Part shown: piece after piece, positions 18,902 to 28,490 of the stretch
Numbering within the stretch: the first letter of the stretch is position 1
How the letters are laid out: each line of letters opens with the position of its first letter
Source of the DNA: an uncultured Candidatus Babeliaceae bacterium
GTDB lineage: Bacteria; Babelota; Babeliae; Babelales; Babelaceae
Direction: 5' to 3'
DNA: 64,000 nucleotides
Assembly (NCBI GenBank): GCA_963704655.1
Contig: OY969927.1
Coordinates: forward strand, 1,216,001-1,280,000
The notes under the pieces: generated by a model
What the model saw: only the letters and a program-made list of their open reading frames with translations
Databases searched by the model: none
What the model was told of the DNA's origin: nothing
Position numbers and translations under genes: made by a program

Positions 18902-20086
18902 TTATTTTCTGACAATATTAAATCTTTTAACCAGGTGCCATTTTAAAATCGGGTCAAATTTGCTAAGGGTTCCATGGAAATCCCAAGTTTTAAACTGTGG
19001 GTTATATTTTTTGAAAAGATCAAAATCAATAGGCATAGGATTTTTATGTTTTTTATAATATGTCCTACCTTCTTTTTCTCGCCGTGCGTGATACCGTTCT
19101 TGTAGGGCATATTCAGCGCCAAATAAAAAATAGATCAGTGATCTTTGGTATTCTTTTAGATTTTCAAAACTCTTTTTTAAATAGTCTGGATTAACGGTAA
19201 TTTTTAGCTGACCAGATGCTCCGACGAAATTGTCCGGAACAATAAGATCATGGGCTTGTGAAACAATTTGTCTTACCAGCCGGTTTTGTGGTGACACATT
19301 AGTGAAGCCATCTACACGTTCTGAATTAATGTCATAAATTCTGCCAGCACAAGAATAGTTGATGCTAACTAATCGATTTCCGTCATGAGAAAATTTTAGG
19401 TACTTAAGGGGGATGTTGATTCCATATGTACGAAAAATAGTATCGGTAGCTAAATCTCTAACTTGAATTTGCCGGTGTAACTCTATTGCAAGCCATTTAT
19501 TGGCATGTGAGATGGCAATTTTAGAGACATCTGAAGGGCAATTTGCTACTAAACGCTCTTTTTTTGTTTCAAGGTTATACCCTCTTATTGACGCAAAGTT
19601 ATCGGCTGCGACTTTATATCTATGAACGTATAACAGCTCTTTTCCTGTTGCATCAAATACAAAGTCGTTTGAGCTAGAGACATTAATTCTTGTAGGTCGT
19701 TTGTTTGGCTGCAGAAGATCATAAAGTTTTATTTTGACATTTGGTTTTGCTAGTGCTAACAGCTGTTTGCTCGGGTTATAAGCATAGATGGTATCATATT
19801 CTCTATACTTATTTTTAAAAAAAGAACAATATGGCTTATAAGTTTCTAGCTCTGGGACCATCCATGATTCATTATAATCTAAAAACTCTCTCTTTTCATT
19901 ATAATGGTAAATTGTTTTTAGCACTTTCCATCGTAATTCAGCAGGTATTTTATACAAATCATAGCTCATATTTTTAGTAAAACCATGTGCAGTAGTATCG
20001 GCATGTTTACTTAGAATTTTAACTTGTTCCTGCGCAAAAAGATCAATGTGGCAAAGGAGTAAAAAAATGGTTATTTTAATATTCAT
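18902..20086 (-). CDS. Exported WD40-like protein with F-box-like motif (paralog A)
   Basis: LYKIPAELRWKVLKTI; propeller blades (FDATGKEL, ISHANKWLA, FSHDGNRL). Confidence 0.8.
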   Translation of the reverse strand: MNIKITIFLLLCHIDLFAQEQVKILSKHADTTAHGFTKNMSYDLYKIPAELRWKVLKTIYHYNEKREFLDYNESWMVPELETYKPYCSFFKNKYREYDTIYAYNPSKQLLALAKPNVKIKLYDLLQPNKRPTRINVSSSNDFVFDATGKELLYVHRYKVAADNFASIRGYNLETKKERLVANCPSDVSKIAISHANKWLAIELHRQIQVRDLATDTIFRTYGINIPLKYLKFSHDGNRLVSINYSCAGRIYDINSERVDGFTNVSPQNRLVRQIVSQAHDLIVPDNFVGASGQLKITVNPDYLKKSFENLKEYQRSLIYFLFGAEYALQERYHARREKEGRTYYKKHKNPMPIDFDLFKKYNPQFKTWDFHGTLSKFDPILKWHLVKRFNIVRK

Positions 20087-20107
20087 GGTAAGGGCTTAAC
20101 GTTCAAT

Positions 20108-21268
20108 CTATTTTCTGACAATATTAAATCTTTTAACCAGGTGCCATTTTAAAATTGGGTCAAATTTGCTAAGGGTTCCATGAAAATCCCATGTTTTAAA
20201 CTGTGGGTTATATTTTTTGAAAAGATCAAAATCAATAGGCATAGGTGTTTGATATTTTCCCGTATATGATTCACCCTCTTTTTCTTGTCGCTCTTTATGT
20301 CGTTCTTGTAATGATCGCTCAGCGCCAAATAGAAAAGCGATCAGTGATTTTTGGTATTCTTTTAGATTTTCAAAACTCTTTTTTAAATAGTCTGGGTTAA
20401 TAGTAATATCTATTTTTCCCGTTCTGCCTTTTAAACTCTCTGGCACCATAAGATCATGCGCTGGTGAAAAATGCTCTTTTAATTTAGGGTGCTCTGGGGT
20501 GATATCTGCAAAGCTGGCTGAAGTAAATCCTGTTTCTACATTATATAATCTGCACACTTTTTGAGTGTCAATTTTAACTAAACGGTCTCCGCTAGCATTA
20601 AATTTTAGATACGTAATGGGTCGATTAATTTCAAAGGACCTAAAAATATCTTTGGTATCTAAATTAATAACATCAATTCGGTTTTCAAGCGCGACTGCAA
20701 GCTGTTTATTGTCATTTGAAATGGCAATTTTATGGATATTTTCAATTTGAGCTGTTAATACCCGTTCTTTTTTTGTTTCAAGGTTATAGCTTCTTACTAT
20801 TGAAAAAAGCCCCATATCTTTATAGCAAAACAGCAATTCTTCTCCTGATGCATCAAATATAAAATCATTTGGGATAGTCATTTTTAATTTTTTAGGACGT
20901 TTGTTTGTTTGCAAAAGATCTATCAGATATATTGCATTTTTTGGGTTGGCTACTGCTAATAACTGTTTGACATGGTTATAAGCATACAGGATATTATTAT
21001 CTTCATTTTTAATTGTTAGGTATGGTTTATTTGTTAGTTGCCCTGGCGTAGATGATTCATGAGCACTTATTATTTTAAGCACCTCACATTGTAATTCACC
21101 AGGCATGTTAAAGAAGTTAGAATGCACATCGTCGCCATTAAAACCATGTATTGTTATTTGAGTATCATCTTTGGTAGCAACTTTTTGCATTTCAATATCC
21201 TGTGCATAAAGACAGGCGTGAGAAAATAGTATAATAATTGCTGTTTTTTTGTTCATTGATATATCCAA
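20108..21268 (-). CDS. Exported WD40-like protein with F-box-like motif (paralog B)
   Basis: FFNMPGELQCEVLKII; same blades; C-terminal ~45 aa identical to paralog A. Confidence 0.8.
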   Translation of the reverse strand: MDISMNKKTAIIILFSHACLYAQDIEMQKVATKDDTQITIHGFNGDDVHSNFFNMPGELQCEVLKIISAHESSTPGQLTNKPYLTIKNEDNNILYAYNHVKQLLAVANPKNAIYLIDLLQTNKRPKKLKMTIPNDFIFDASGEELLFCYKDMGLFSIVRSYNLETKKERVLTAQIENIHKIAISNDNKQLAVALENRIDVINLDTKDIFRSFEINRPITYLKFNASGDRLVKIDTQKVCRLYNVETGFTSASFADITPEHPKLKEHFSPAHDLMVPESLKGRTGKIDITINPDYLKKSFENLKEYQKSLIAFLFGAERSLQERHKERQEKEGESYTGKYQTPMPIDFDLFKKYNPQFKTWDFHGTLSKFDPILKWHLVKRFNIVRK

Positions 21269-21416
21269 ATTTGATCTTATAATTTAGTTTATTATTCTTT
21301 TTGCATTATATATTATATTATAATAGCAAATTTCCCTGTTTTTGACAAATGTATAGCAAAGACAGGTATGATCTGACTTATCCATGGATCGCAATGTGGA
21401 ATGTGACAGGATAGTT

Positions 21417-22067
21417 TTAATCTACCAATTCAAAGATATCAATGGCCCGTGTACTGGGATTTTGCTTTAATATTAAATTAAAGGTTTCGTAAATAATAGG
21501 GTCCTGGGTTGTTACAAATTGTCCCGAACCAATAGGATGATGTTGTTGAGTTTGAATAATGGCTGCTGTATCAGATGGTTGTATCGTTACCATTAATTCT
21601 GTACGAGCGTGAAATTCCAAGTTTACTGATGCAATTTCATTTGGTTTAACGGGTAATGTTCTATGGTGTTCCCACTTATTGTCATGCATAAGATGAATTT
21701 GTGCTAGTACAGAAAACGGGGAATTATTGGTGAACGTATTTAGCTTAAAATTTTTTTGTAAGAGTGCATGACACTGTTGTTCTGCTGCTAAGCGATTCGA
21801 TGCGTAAAGATTTTGAAACCGCGCGAGACGCGCTTGAGATTGTAATTGTGCGTTAATTAATCTTTGGGACAATTCATCACGGTGTTTAATTAATGACTCG
21901 TTAGCTGTTTCAAGTCGAGCAATTTCTCTTGCGATATAATCGTGTTGCAGGGCGCCTTCTATTACTAACCATGCGATTTTTCGATCTGAATAAAAATGGG
22001 GCTGTAATGTTTCATCAGCAGCCATAAGGCAAGAACCATAAGAAAGAATAAGAAATAATATTAACAT
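21417..22067 (-). CDS. Exported hypothetical protein with coiled coil
   Basis: Signal-like N-terminus, 216 aa ORF. Confidence 0.65.
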   Translation of the reverse strand: MLILFLILSYGSCLMAADETLQPHFYSDRKIAWLVIEGALQHDYIAREIARLETANESLIKHRDELSQRLINAQLQSQARLARFQNLYASNRLAAEQQCHALLQKNFKLNTFTNNSPFSVLAQIHLMHDNKWEHHRTLPVKPNEIASVNLEFHARTELMVTIQPSDTAAIIQTQQHHPIGSGQFVTTQDPIIYETFNLILKQNPSTRAIDIFELVD

Positions 22068-22119
22068 AGCAAAAGCTCAGGCAGTGTATCTTTAACCTTT
22101 TGAAAAATCTGATATTTTA

Positions 22120-22392
22120 TTAATCTTTCCAATTCCACCATTTTAAAAGTTCAGGGTCATGGTGCTGTGTCGATGCAAAATAAATTGCGCAGCGAAAGAC
22201 ATAGAGCATGCATCTATCAACTTGCTGGCCCTTGAGTATGCACAGCGTTTTATACAGTTTTTCAGCGTCTGCATCTTTAAGATCATCTAGTGACCGCAAC
22301 CCCATGTCCCAAAAATCTTGCGCAATAATGTTACCCACACCAGGAATTTCACGAAATACGGCTAATGTCTTTTTTTGATTATTATTAATCAT
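22120..22392 (-). CDS. Helix-hairpin-helix protein (Cdd1/'pathogenicity locus' type)
   Basis: IPGVG...DFWDMG...LY..LC...G...DRC.LYVFRCA.YFA......WWNW. Confidence 0.85.
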   Translation of the reverse strand: MINNNQKKTLAVFREIPGVGNIIAQDFWDMGLRSLDDLKDADAEKLYKTLCILKGQQVDRCMLYVFRCAIYFASTQHHDPELLKWWNWKD

Positions 22393-22415
22393 TTTGGGTA
22401 GAATGTTGTGCAGTT

Positions 22416-22823
22416 TTATTTAACGTATTTTTCGATTAATTCATGTGCTGTAAATATTTTTTTAACTTCATTTAAGGCATGGTTTTCATCGCCTTGCATA
22501 AGTTTTTCTATACTTTCTTTTGATTTATATTGTTGCAAAGTTTGAGCAGCTTGGAAAACGGTAAAAGTTTTTGGTAATTTATCTTTAACCGCTTCAGCAT
22601 TTTTAAAATTTTCTGGGCTTGGAAAGTTTCCGCAATTTATCAGTAAGGCTGCTATCCCAGCTTTTCCAAGATCTAATTCTTCCAAGGATTTATGAGCATC
22701 TGTTGGTATTAATGTTACCGCATTGAATGATTTTTCAGAGAGATCTTTGCCTGGAAATTCAGTGTTCATGCTTTTTAAGTGCATAGTATTAAGAATGAGA
22801 CAAAGTAATAATATTTTTTTCAT
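22416..22823 (-). CDS. Exported hypothetical protein
   Basis: MKKILLLCLILNTMHLKS-M signal; AAGGA RBS. Confidence 0.7.
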   Translation of the reverse strand: MKKILLLCLILNTMHLKSMNTEFPGKDLSEKSFNAVTLIPTDAHKSLEELDLGKAGIAALLINCGNFPSPENFKNAEAVKDKLPKTFTVFQAAQTLQQYKSKESIEKLMQGDENHALNEVKKIFTAHELIEKYVK

Positions 22824-22843
22824 ATATATTTTCCTTAAGAGTA

Positions 22844-24031
22844 TTAACTTACTTTATAAATTGCATGTTTGCCGACTTTAATAATCATACCAGATTTTGG
22901 TAACACGTTTGTGTTAATCTGGGTAACTTTTTCACCGTCAATGCTGATAGCGCCCGCTTCAATGCGGCGGCGGATTTCAGTTGAGGAAAGTTTTTCAGGC
23001 AACAGTTTTACCAACTCTATAATAGTGGTTTCTTGTGATGGCACCGTTATTTCAGTAGCATGCGAATAGTCTCGTTTTTGAAACAGCTCTTCAAAGTTTT
23101 TTAAAGAAGTTTCAGCTTCAGCTTTAGACCAGAAACGTTCAATAATTCTAAACGCCATCTGTTTTTTAAGTTCCATCGGATGCGCCGTGCCTGCAACAAC
23201 ATTGTTTTGCATTTTCACAATTTCGTCATAAGGCGTTAATAATAATAATGTATAGTAGCGCCACATTAAGGTGTCAGAAATCGACATAAGTTTACCAAAA
23301 GCATCTTGCGCAGGTTCTGCTAAACCGATCGTGTTGCCGTAAGATTTAGACATTTTTTGTACGCCATCAAGGCCTTCAAGTAATGGTAAGGTAATGCATA
23401 CTTGGCCTTCCATGCCATGTGCCTCTTGTAAATGGCGCCCCATTAACAGGTTAAACGTTTGGTCGGTGCCGCCAAGTTCGATATCAGCTTTAAGCGCAAC
23501 AGAATCATAGCCTTGTAAAAGTGGGTACATAAGTTCATGCATACCAACTGGGGTTTGTTCAGCAAGGCGCTTTGCAAAATCTTCACGTTCAATAACACGC
23601 GCAACGGTAACTTGGCCACAAATTTTAAGCCATTGGTCAAGCGTGATTGGGGAAAGCCACGTCGAATTATACGCAATGGTCGATTTGCTGGTATCAAGAA
23701 TTTTGCCCACTTGATCTAAATACGTTTTGCTGTTTTGCTCAATCTGTTCTGGCGTTAATGGCGGCCGTGTCTTTGAGCGGCCGGTAGGGTCGCCAATTCG
23801 CGCAGTAAAATCACCAATTAAAAAGATAATATGGTGGCCCATATCTTGTAGCTGGCGCAATTTAGAAAGCACAACAGCATGGCCCAAATGTAAATCAGGA
23901 GCCGTTGGATCTGCACCAAACTTAACTATAAGCTGTTTGCCCGATGATAATTTTTTTTCTAATGCCGGCACAGAAAGAATCTCTTGTGTGCCAATGGCAA
24001 TTTCATTAATAAGTTGTTCAACTGTTTTCAT
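22844..24031 (-). CDS. tyrS: Tyrosine--tRNA ligase
   Basis: GADPTAPDLHLGH, YPLLQGYD, GGTDQ, KMSKS, C-terminal S4 domain. Confidence 0.98.
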   Translation of the reverse strand: MKTVEQLINEIAIGTQEILSVPALEKKLSSGKQLIVKFGADPTAPDLHLGHAVVLSKLRQLQDMGHHIIFLIGDFTARIGDPTGRSKTRPPLTPEQIEQNSKTYLDQVGKILDTSKSTIAYNSTWLSPITLDQWLKICGQVTVARVIEREDFAKRLAEQTPVGMHELMYPLLQGYDSVALKADIELGGTDQTFNLLMGRHLQEAHGMEGQVCITLPLLEGLDGVQKMSKSYGNTIGLAEPAQDAFGKLMSISDTLMWRYYTLLLLTPYDEIVKMQNNVVAGTAHPMELKKQMAFRIIERFWSKAEAETSLKNFEELFQKRDYSHATEITVPSQETTIIELVKLLPEKLSSTEIRRRIEAGAISIDGEKVTQINTNVLPKSGMIIKVGKHAIYKVS

Positions 24032-24036
24032 AATTT

Positions 24037-24765
24037 TTAAGCACCTTTAAGTAATATGCTGAAAAGTTCTATAGCCCACACAATGCAGCTAAAAGTTATT
24101 GTTAAGAAGAATTGGTAAAAAAGTATACAAAAAGCTAATGGTATAGCAATCATAAAGAGCCATGAATATTGGCTCATCATAATCTGATATCTAAAAGGAT
24201 ATATCGCTGCTTGGAATGCGTTACGCACCATCGAAATGCATAATACCGACGCTTGAATAAAAACAATGCCTACAAAAAAAAGCGTTGCCGTTATTGCATA
24301 GGGCGAACAGTTTGAAAACCATGGCGCATTTTGTTGAAAGATATAGCGTGCATCGTCTGATGCTTGATACAGCATGGTTTTAGAAAACATTCCTAGTGAT
24401 GTATAAATACACTCTTTGCCGGTTAATAACACGCTTGGAATAATTGCACATATTGCAAGAAACAGACTCACCAGCGACTGAGCGGAATAGGCTAAAATAG
24501 TCCTAAATGCTTTGTTGCGGCCACTGATATATTCTTGGTCCACGGGTAGTATGGTTCCCCAGCCAAAGCTTAAAAAGATAAAACATAATGACCCGAACAT
24601 ATCAAAATAGTCAAAAAGGTTTTCTACTTGTTCGTCATGGGCATGCATTTTGTCATAGGCGCCATGGGTAATAAGTAGGGAGGTTAAATATCCGTTAAGG
24701 GGCACTGAAAGCACAAAGGCGATCAATTTGATGATAAGAATAATAATAAAGAGTGATGATATCAT
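24037..24765 (-). CDS. Integral membrane protein, degenerate site-2 protease (M50)-like
   Basis: FDMFG...FGWG...PVD and the following helix match the S2P scaffold; HExxH and NxxPxxxxDG are absent. Confidence 0.6.
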   Translation of the reverse strand: MISSLFIIILIIKLIAFVLSVPLNGYLTSLLITHGAYDKMHAHDEQVENLFDYFDMFGSLCFIFLSFGWGTILPVDQEYISGRNKAFRTILAYSAQSLVSLFLAICAIIPSVLLTGKECIYTSLGMFSKTMLYQASDDARYIFQQNAPWFSNCSPYAITATLFFVGIVFIQASVLCISMVRNAFQAAIYPFRYQIMMSQYSWLFMIAIPLAFCILFYQFFLTITFSCIVWAIELFSILLKGA

Positions 24766-24805
24766 AGTTTTAATGCGTTATGAAAATTAATTATTTATTC
24801 GCTAA

Positions 24806-24886
24806 CCCTTGCGTAGGCTCAGGATGAGCGACGGGGGAACACCGTGCACCCTGAGTGTTCTTCGCAAGAAGAATGTATCGAAGGGG
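24806..24886. repeat. REP-like inverted doublet (REPIN-like)
   Basis: CCCTTGCG..CTCAGGATGAGCG (24806-24830) faces CCGTGCACCCTGAG..TCGAAGGGG (24842-24886); internal hairpin TTCTTC-GCAA-GAAGAA. Confidence 0.7.
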
Positions 24887-25015
24887 CAGTATCCACCATA
24901 CACCAGATTAGTTCTCAGTATACCAAGAGGTGTATAAGTTGTCTTGCCAAAAAAGGAGTTGCGTATAAACTTCCAAGAAAGCAGTAGTGTTTAGAGATTT
25001 TTTAAAGGGTAGATC

Positions 25016-27220
25016 ATGAACAAAAAAGAGAGTTTAGTCTATTACGCAGTTCCGCCGTTTATTCTTATAATTTTGGCAATTATCGCTTATTTTTCATCGG
25101 TATCGTATGAATTTCAGTTTGATGATTTGGCAAATATTGTTAATAATTTTCAGGTGCGTGTGGGTGGTGTGTGGGAGCTTTTTTTTGCAAATACCCGTTG
25201 GATATCACAAACTCTTAATACCTTTTATTTTCAATTTGGTAAGTTTGACCCGTTTATATACCGGCTTGCTAACATTACGTCACATATTATAACGGGTGTT
25301 ATTGCATATTTTGTGGTCTATTTAATGCTGCGCAGGCTTAAGCATACGACGTTTTTGTATGCTCAACGCTTTACGGTAGCCTTTTTAACAGCAGGTTTTT
25401 TCTTATTGCACCCGGTTCAATCACAAACTGTTTCGTATATTATTCAGGGGCAGCTTGAAGGTTTGGCTGCACTGGTAACATTATCTATGATCATGTTTTT
25501 TTTAATGTATATGACATTCAAATCGGCGACTGCTCGTGCTTTGTCATTAGTCGGTATGTATATTTGTATGTTCTTGGCGCCCGGAACAAAAGAGATAGCA
25601 ATTATAAGTCCGTTACTGGTTCTTTTGGTTGACTGGTTTTTCGTTGCGCAGGGCAACTGGCATGCGTTATCGCGCCGCTGGTGGTTACATGCAAGTTTAT
25701 TTATCGGCATTTTTGGCATGTATATCTTTTTCTTAAAGCCAGAATATTTTACGACCATTTTGGGCCTTAAGATGGAACTGCATAATAATATGGGCAATAT
25801 GCTCACCGATAAAGTCGGTGAAAAAATTACGCCGCTGTGGTACTGCATGTCCCAATTTAAGGTAATTTTACACTATATTGGTATATTCTTTTGGCCATTT
25901 AATGTCAGTGTTGATTATGATTGGGTATTAGTCGACCACTTTTTTGCTCTTGATTGTATTTTCCCATTTTTGGCACTGTGCGCACTTGCCGTATACACAC
26001 TCTATCGTCTGTATAAAAATAAAACAGATTTAATAAGTTTTGGTATTATTTGGTATTTTCTTGCCGTGTTGCCACGCTCGAGCATAATCCCATCAACAGA
26101 GTTGGTTGCAGATTATAAAACCTATTTAGCATCACTGGGACTTTTCTTTTTGTGGGCATATGCTGCAGCGTATCTTGTTTATAGTATAGAAAAACATTTT
26201 CATATAACGCGCCAGTTACTGCACTGGGGAATACTGACTGTGCTGTTAATGCCCTTTGGGTATGCGCTGTATGAACGCAATAAAGTGTGGCGCACTGCAG
26301 AAGAGTTTTGGTTAAATATTTTACAAAATGCACCGGGCAAAGCGCGTGCGTATAATAATTATGGTGTTTCGTTATGCGCAAAACATAAAAATGAAGAAGC
26401 GATTCCCTATTTTCAAAAAGCTATGGATATGGATAAAGTATATTCAGATCCGCACAATAATATCGCTGTTGCGTATGGTTGTCTTGGCAGGCTCGATGAG
26501 GCTATTAAAGCGCTCGAACATAGTGTTAAAATCTGTCCTGTGCAGCCTGAAGCGTATAATAATATGGCAAGCTTCTATTTACAAAAAAATGAACTGCCAA
26601 AATCTGAAGAGCTTTTAAAGATTGCACTTCGTTTGCGTCCGCATTATGGCAAAGCGCATTTTAATCTTGGGCGCACCTTTTATGCAATGGGCAAAAAAGA
26701 TGAAGCGTGGAGCTGTTTTAAAACCGCTTGTTTAAAGGCAGATTTTGATACGATTGACTCATTTAATTTTTATGCTGGAATATCATTGGAATTGAAAAAG
26801 TTCGATGACGCACTTTTGGGATATAGAAAGATGCTTGAGCTGGCGCCTCAAAGCCGTGACGCAATAAGTGGCATGGTAAATACTTATTTAATGAAGGGTG
26901 AGCCAGAAAAAGCTCTGCCGTACTTTAGACAGCTGTTACAACTGTTTCCAAATCAGCCAGATTTACAGTTTAAATATGGCGAGGCGCTTATTGCTGCCCA
27001 GGATTATACCAATGCACTTGCAGTTTTTAGGAGCATTCTGGAAGCTAATCGTGGCTTTGTTCCTGGGTATGTTAAAGTCGCCGGATGCTTGTATAAATTG
27101 GGCAGAAAACAAGAAGCATTTAAAGCCCTTGAAGACTTCTTGGCACAAAATCCACCGCAAGAATTTGCAGAGCCGATTAAAAGTATGTTACAAGATATGA
27201 GAACTGGGAAATTTAAATAA
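25016..27220 (+). CDS. TMTC-like GT-C glycosyltransferase: membrane domain plus C-terminal TPR repeats
   Basis: FQFDD acidic motif, YRLANI..H, LHPVQSQTV, KE, WPFNVSVDY, ERNKVW, followed by about 8 TPRs. Confidence 0.82.
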   Translation: MNKKESLVYYAVPPFILIILAIIAYFSSVSYEFQFDDLANIVNNFQVRVGGVWELFFANTRWISQTLNTFYFQFGKFDPFIYRLANITSHIITGVIAYFVVYLMLRRLKHTTFLYAQRFTVAFLTAGFFLLHPVQSQTVSYIIQGQLEGLAALVTLSMIMFFLMYMTFKSATARALSLVGMYICMFLAPGTKEIAIISPLLVLLVDWFFVAQGNWHALSRRWWLHASLFIGIFGMYIFFLKPEYFTTILGLKMELHNNMGNMLTDKVGEKITPLWYCMSQFKVILHYIGIFFWPFNVSVDYDWVLVDHFFALDCIFPFLALCALAVYTLYRLYKNKTDLISFGIIWYFLAVLPRSSIIPSTELVADYKTYLASLGLFFLWAYAAAYLVYSIEKHFHITRQLLHWGILTVLLMPFGYALYERNKVWRTAEEFWLNILQNAPGKARAYNNYGVSLCAKHKNEEAIPYFQKAMDMDKVYSDPHNNIAVAYGCLGRLDEAIKALEHSVKICPVQPEAYNNMASFYLQKNELPKSEELLKIALRLRPHYGKAHFNLGRTFYAMGKKDEAWSCFKTACLKADFDTIDSFNFYAGISLELKKFDDALLGYRKMLELAPQSRDAISGMVNTYLMKGEPEKALPYFRQLLQLFPNQPDLQFKYGEALIAAQDYTNALAVFRSILEANRGFVPGYVKVAGCLYKLGRKQEAFKALEDFLAQNPPQEFAEPIKSMLQDMRTGKFK

Positions 27221-27229
27221 GAAAGTTTT

Positions 27230-27610
27230 ATGAAGAGTAAATTTCTTACCTTTTGTATAGTGTTGGGTATTGCTTCAATTGAAGCAATACCCACTGAACT
27301 TAATACACTTTATCAAAGTTTTGAAAAGGCGCAAAAAACGCAATCTATTGCTCAAGAACTTGATAGAGTGATTCCCTTAGATAGAGCTTATAAAAAAAAT
27401 GTTTTATTGTATGAAAAATACACACCTCTTATGACAGCAATTGATGCCTATATTAAAATGGCATATGCTTTGCAAGCTGAGGGGAAATCTAAAGTTCCAG
27501 ATTCTTCAAAAAAACGTTCAGAAGTTATCAAAGAATCCACCAAGAATATTATAAAATTTTCTCAGGCGCGAAGAAAAGTTGAAGAACAATTTGCTGCATT
27601 AAAAGATTAA
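27230..27610 (+). CDS. Exported hypothetical protein
   Basis: MKSKFLTFCIVLGIASIEA signal peptide. Confidence 0.7.
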   Translation: MKSKFLTFCIVLGIASIEAIPTELNTLYQSFEKAQKTQSIAQELDRVIPLDRAYKKNVLLYEKYTPLMTAIDAYIKMAYALQAEGKSKVPDSSKKRSEVIKESTKNIIKFSQARRKVEEQFAALKD

Positions 27611-27619
27611 TTTTTTTTT

Positions 27620-28417
27620 TTATCTTTTTGAACGTTTTGTTTTGGCATGCAATGGCACTGTTTCAATGCTTTTGCGCAGCTGATCTGAAAGCGTGGGCTT
27701 TTTGCGCGCAATTTTTTTAACTGGTGCAGTAGCTTTTGCTGTTTTCTTTTTACTTTTAGCTTTTAAAAGAGCTTTAATTTCTTGGGCAAACGTATCTTTA
27801 AATTTTGTTATATCAAATTTCTTTACTGATAACGTGTTGATAAGTTGCTCTGCTAGTTTTAATTCCTGCGCATTATATTTTGGCACGGGTGAAGCGGGGA
27901 CATCAAGAGCCTTTATTTCATAAGAATAGTGTAACGTGGTGAGCAGTAAATAATTTTCATGCGGGCGTATTGCGCAGGTGTATTCTTTGTCGTGCATAAT
28001 AAATCTGCCTATGGCAATTTTATCTAATTTTTCTAATGCCTTTAAAAATAATGCATAGCCATTATTACCGCTTCTTGCTGGCGCAATATAATAATGGTGG
28101 TTCATGTACAAGTCATTTAGCTGATCAGCTTCAATAAATTCTACAATGTTAAGTGTCTCTGTTGTTTCTGGACGCAATTTTTTGAGCATATCTTGACTCA
28201 GAATTAAAAAACCTTTTGATGTTTTAAACCCTTTGACGGTGTCATTCCAGACAACTTCTTTTTGGCACTTTGGGCACCAGCGATGATATTCTAATGGCGT
28301 TTGGCACGTTGCATGCAACATAGTAAACCCTAATGCATGTTCTTGTATTGCCGGGTAAAGTTTAATGGGAATCGAAACTAACCCGAAAGACAGTGAACCT
28401 TGCCAAATTATTTTCAT
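27620..28417 (-). CDS. ku: Non-homologous end-joining protein Ku
   Basis: IWQGSLSFGLVSIPIKLY, CPKC, VKGF, LLLTTLHY, ELKLAEQLI, FKDTF, basic tail. Confidence 0.95.
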   Translation of the reverse strand: MKIIWQGSLSFGLVSIPIKLYPAIQEHALGFTMLHATCQTPLEYHRWCPKCQKEVVWNDTVKGFKTSKGFLILSQDMLKKLRPETTETLNIVEFIEADQLNDLYMNHHYYIAPARSGNNGYALFLKALEKLDKIAIGRFIMHDKEYTCAIRPHENYLLLTTLHYSYEIKALDVPASPVPKYNAQELKLAEQLINTLSVKKFDITKFKDTFAQEIKALLKAKSKKKTAKATAPVKKIARKKPTLSDQLRKSIETVPLHAKTKRSKR

Positions 28418-28490
28418 GAAAATCCTCTTTTATATATTTCTAGCATACGGTACAATTCCTATGCTATAAAAAAATTAAAAATGGATTTTT

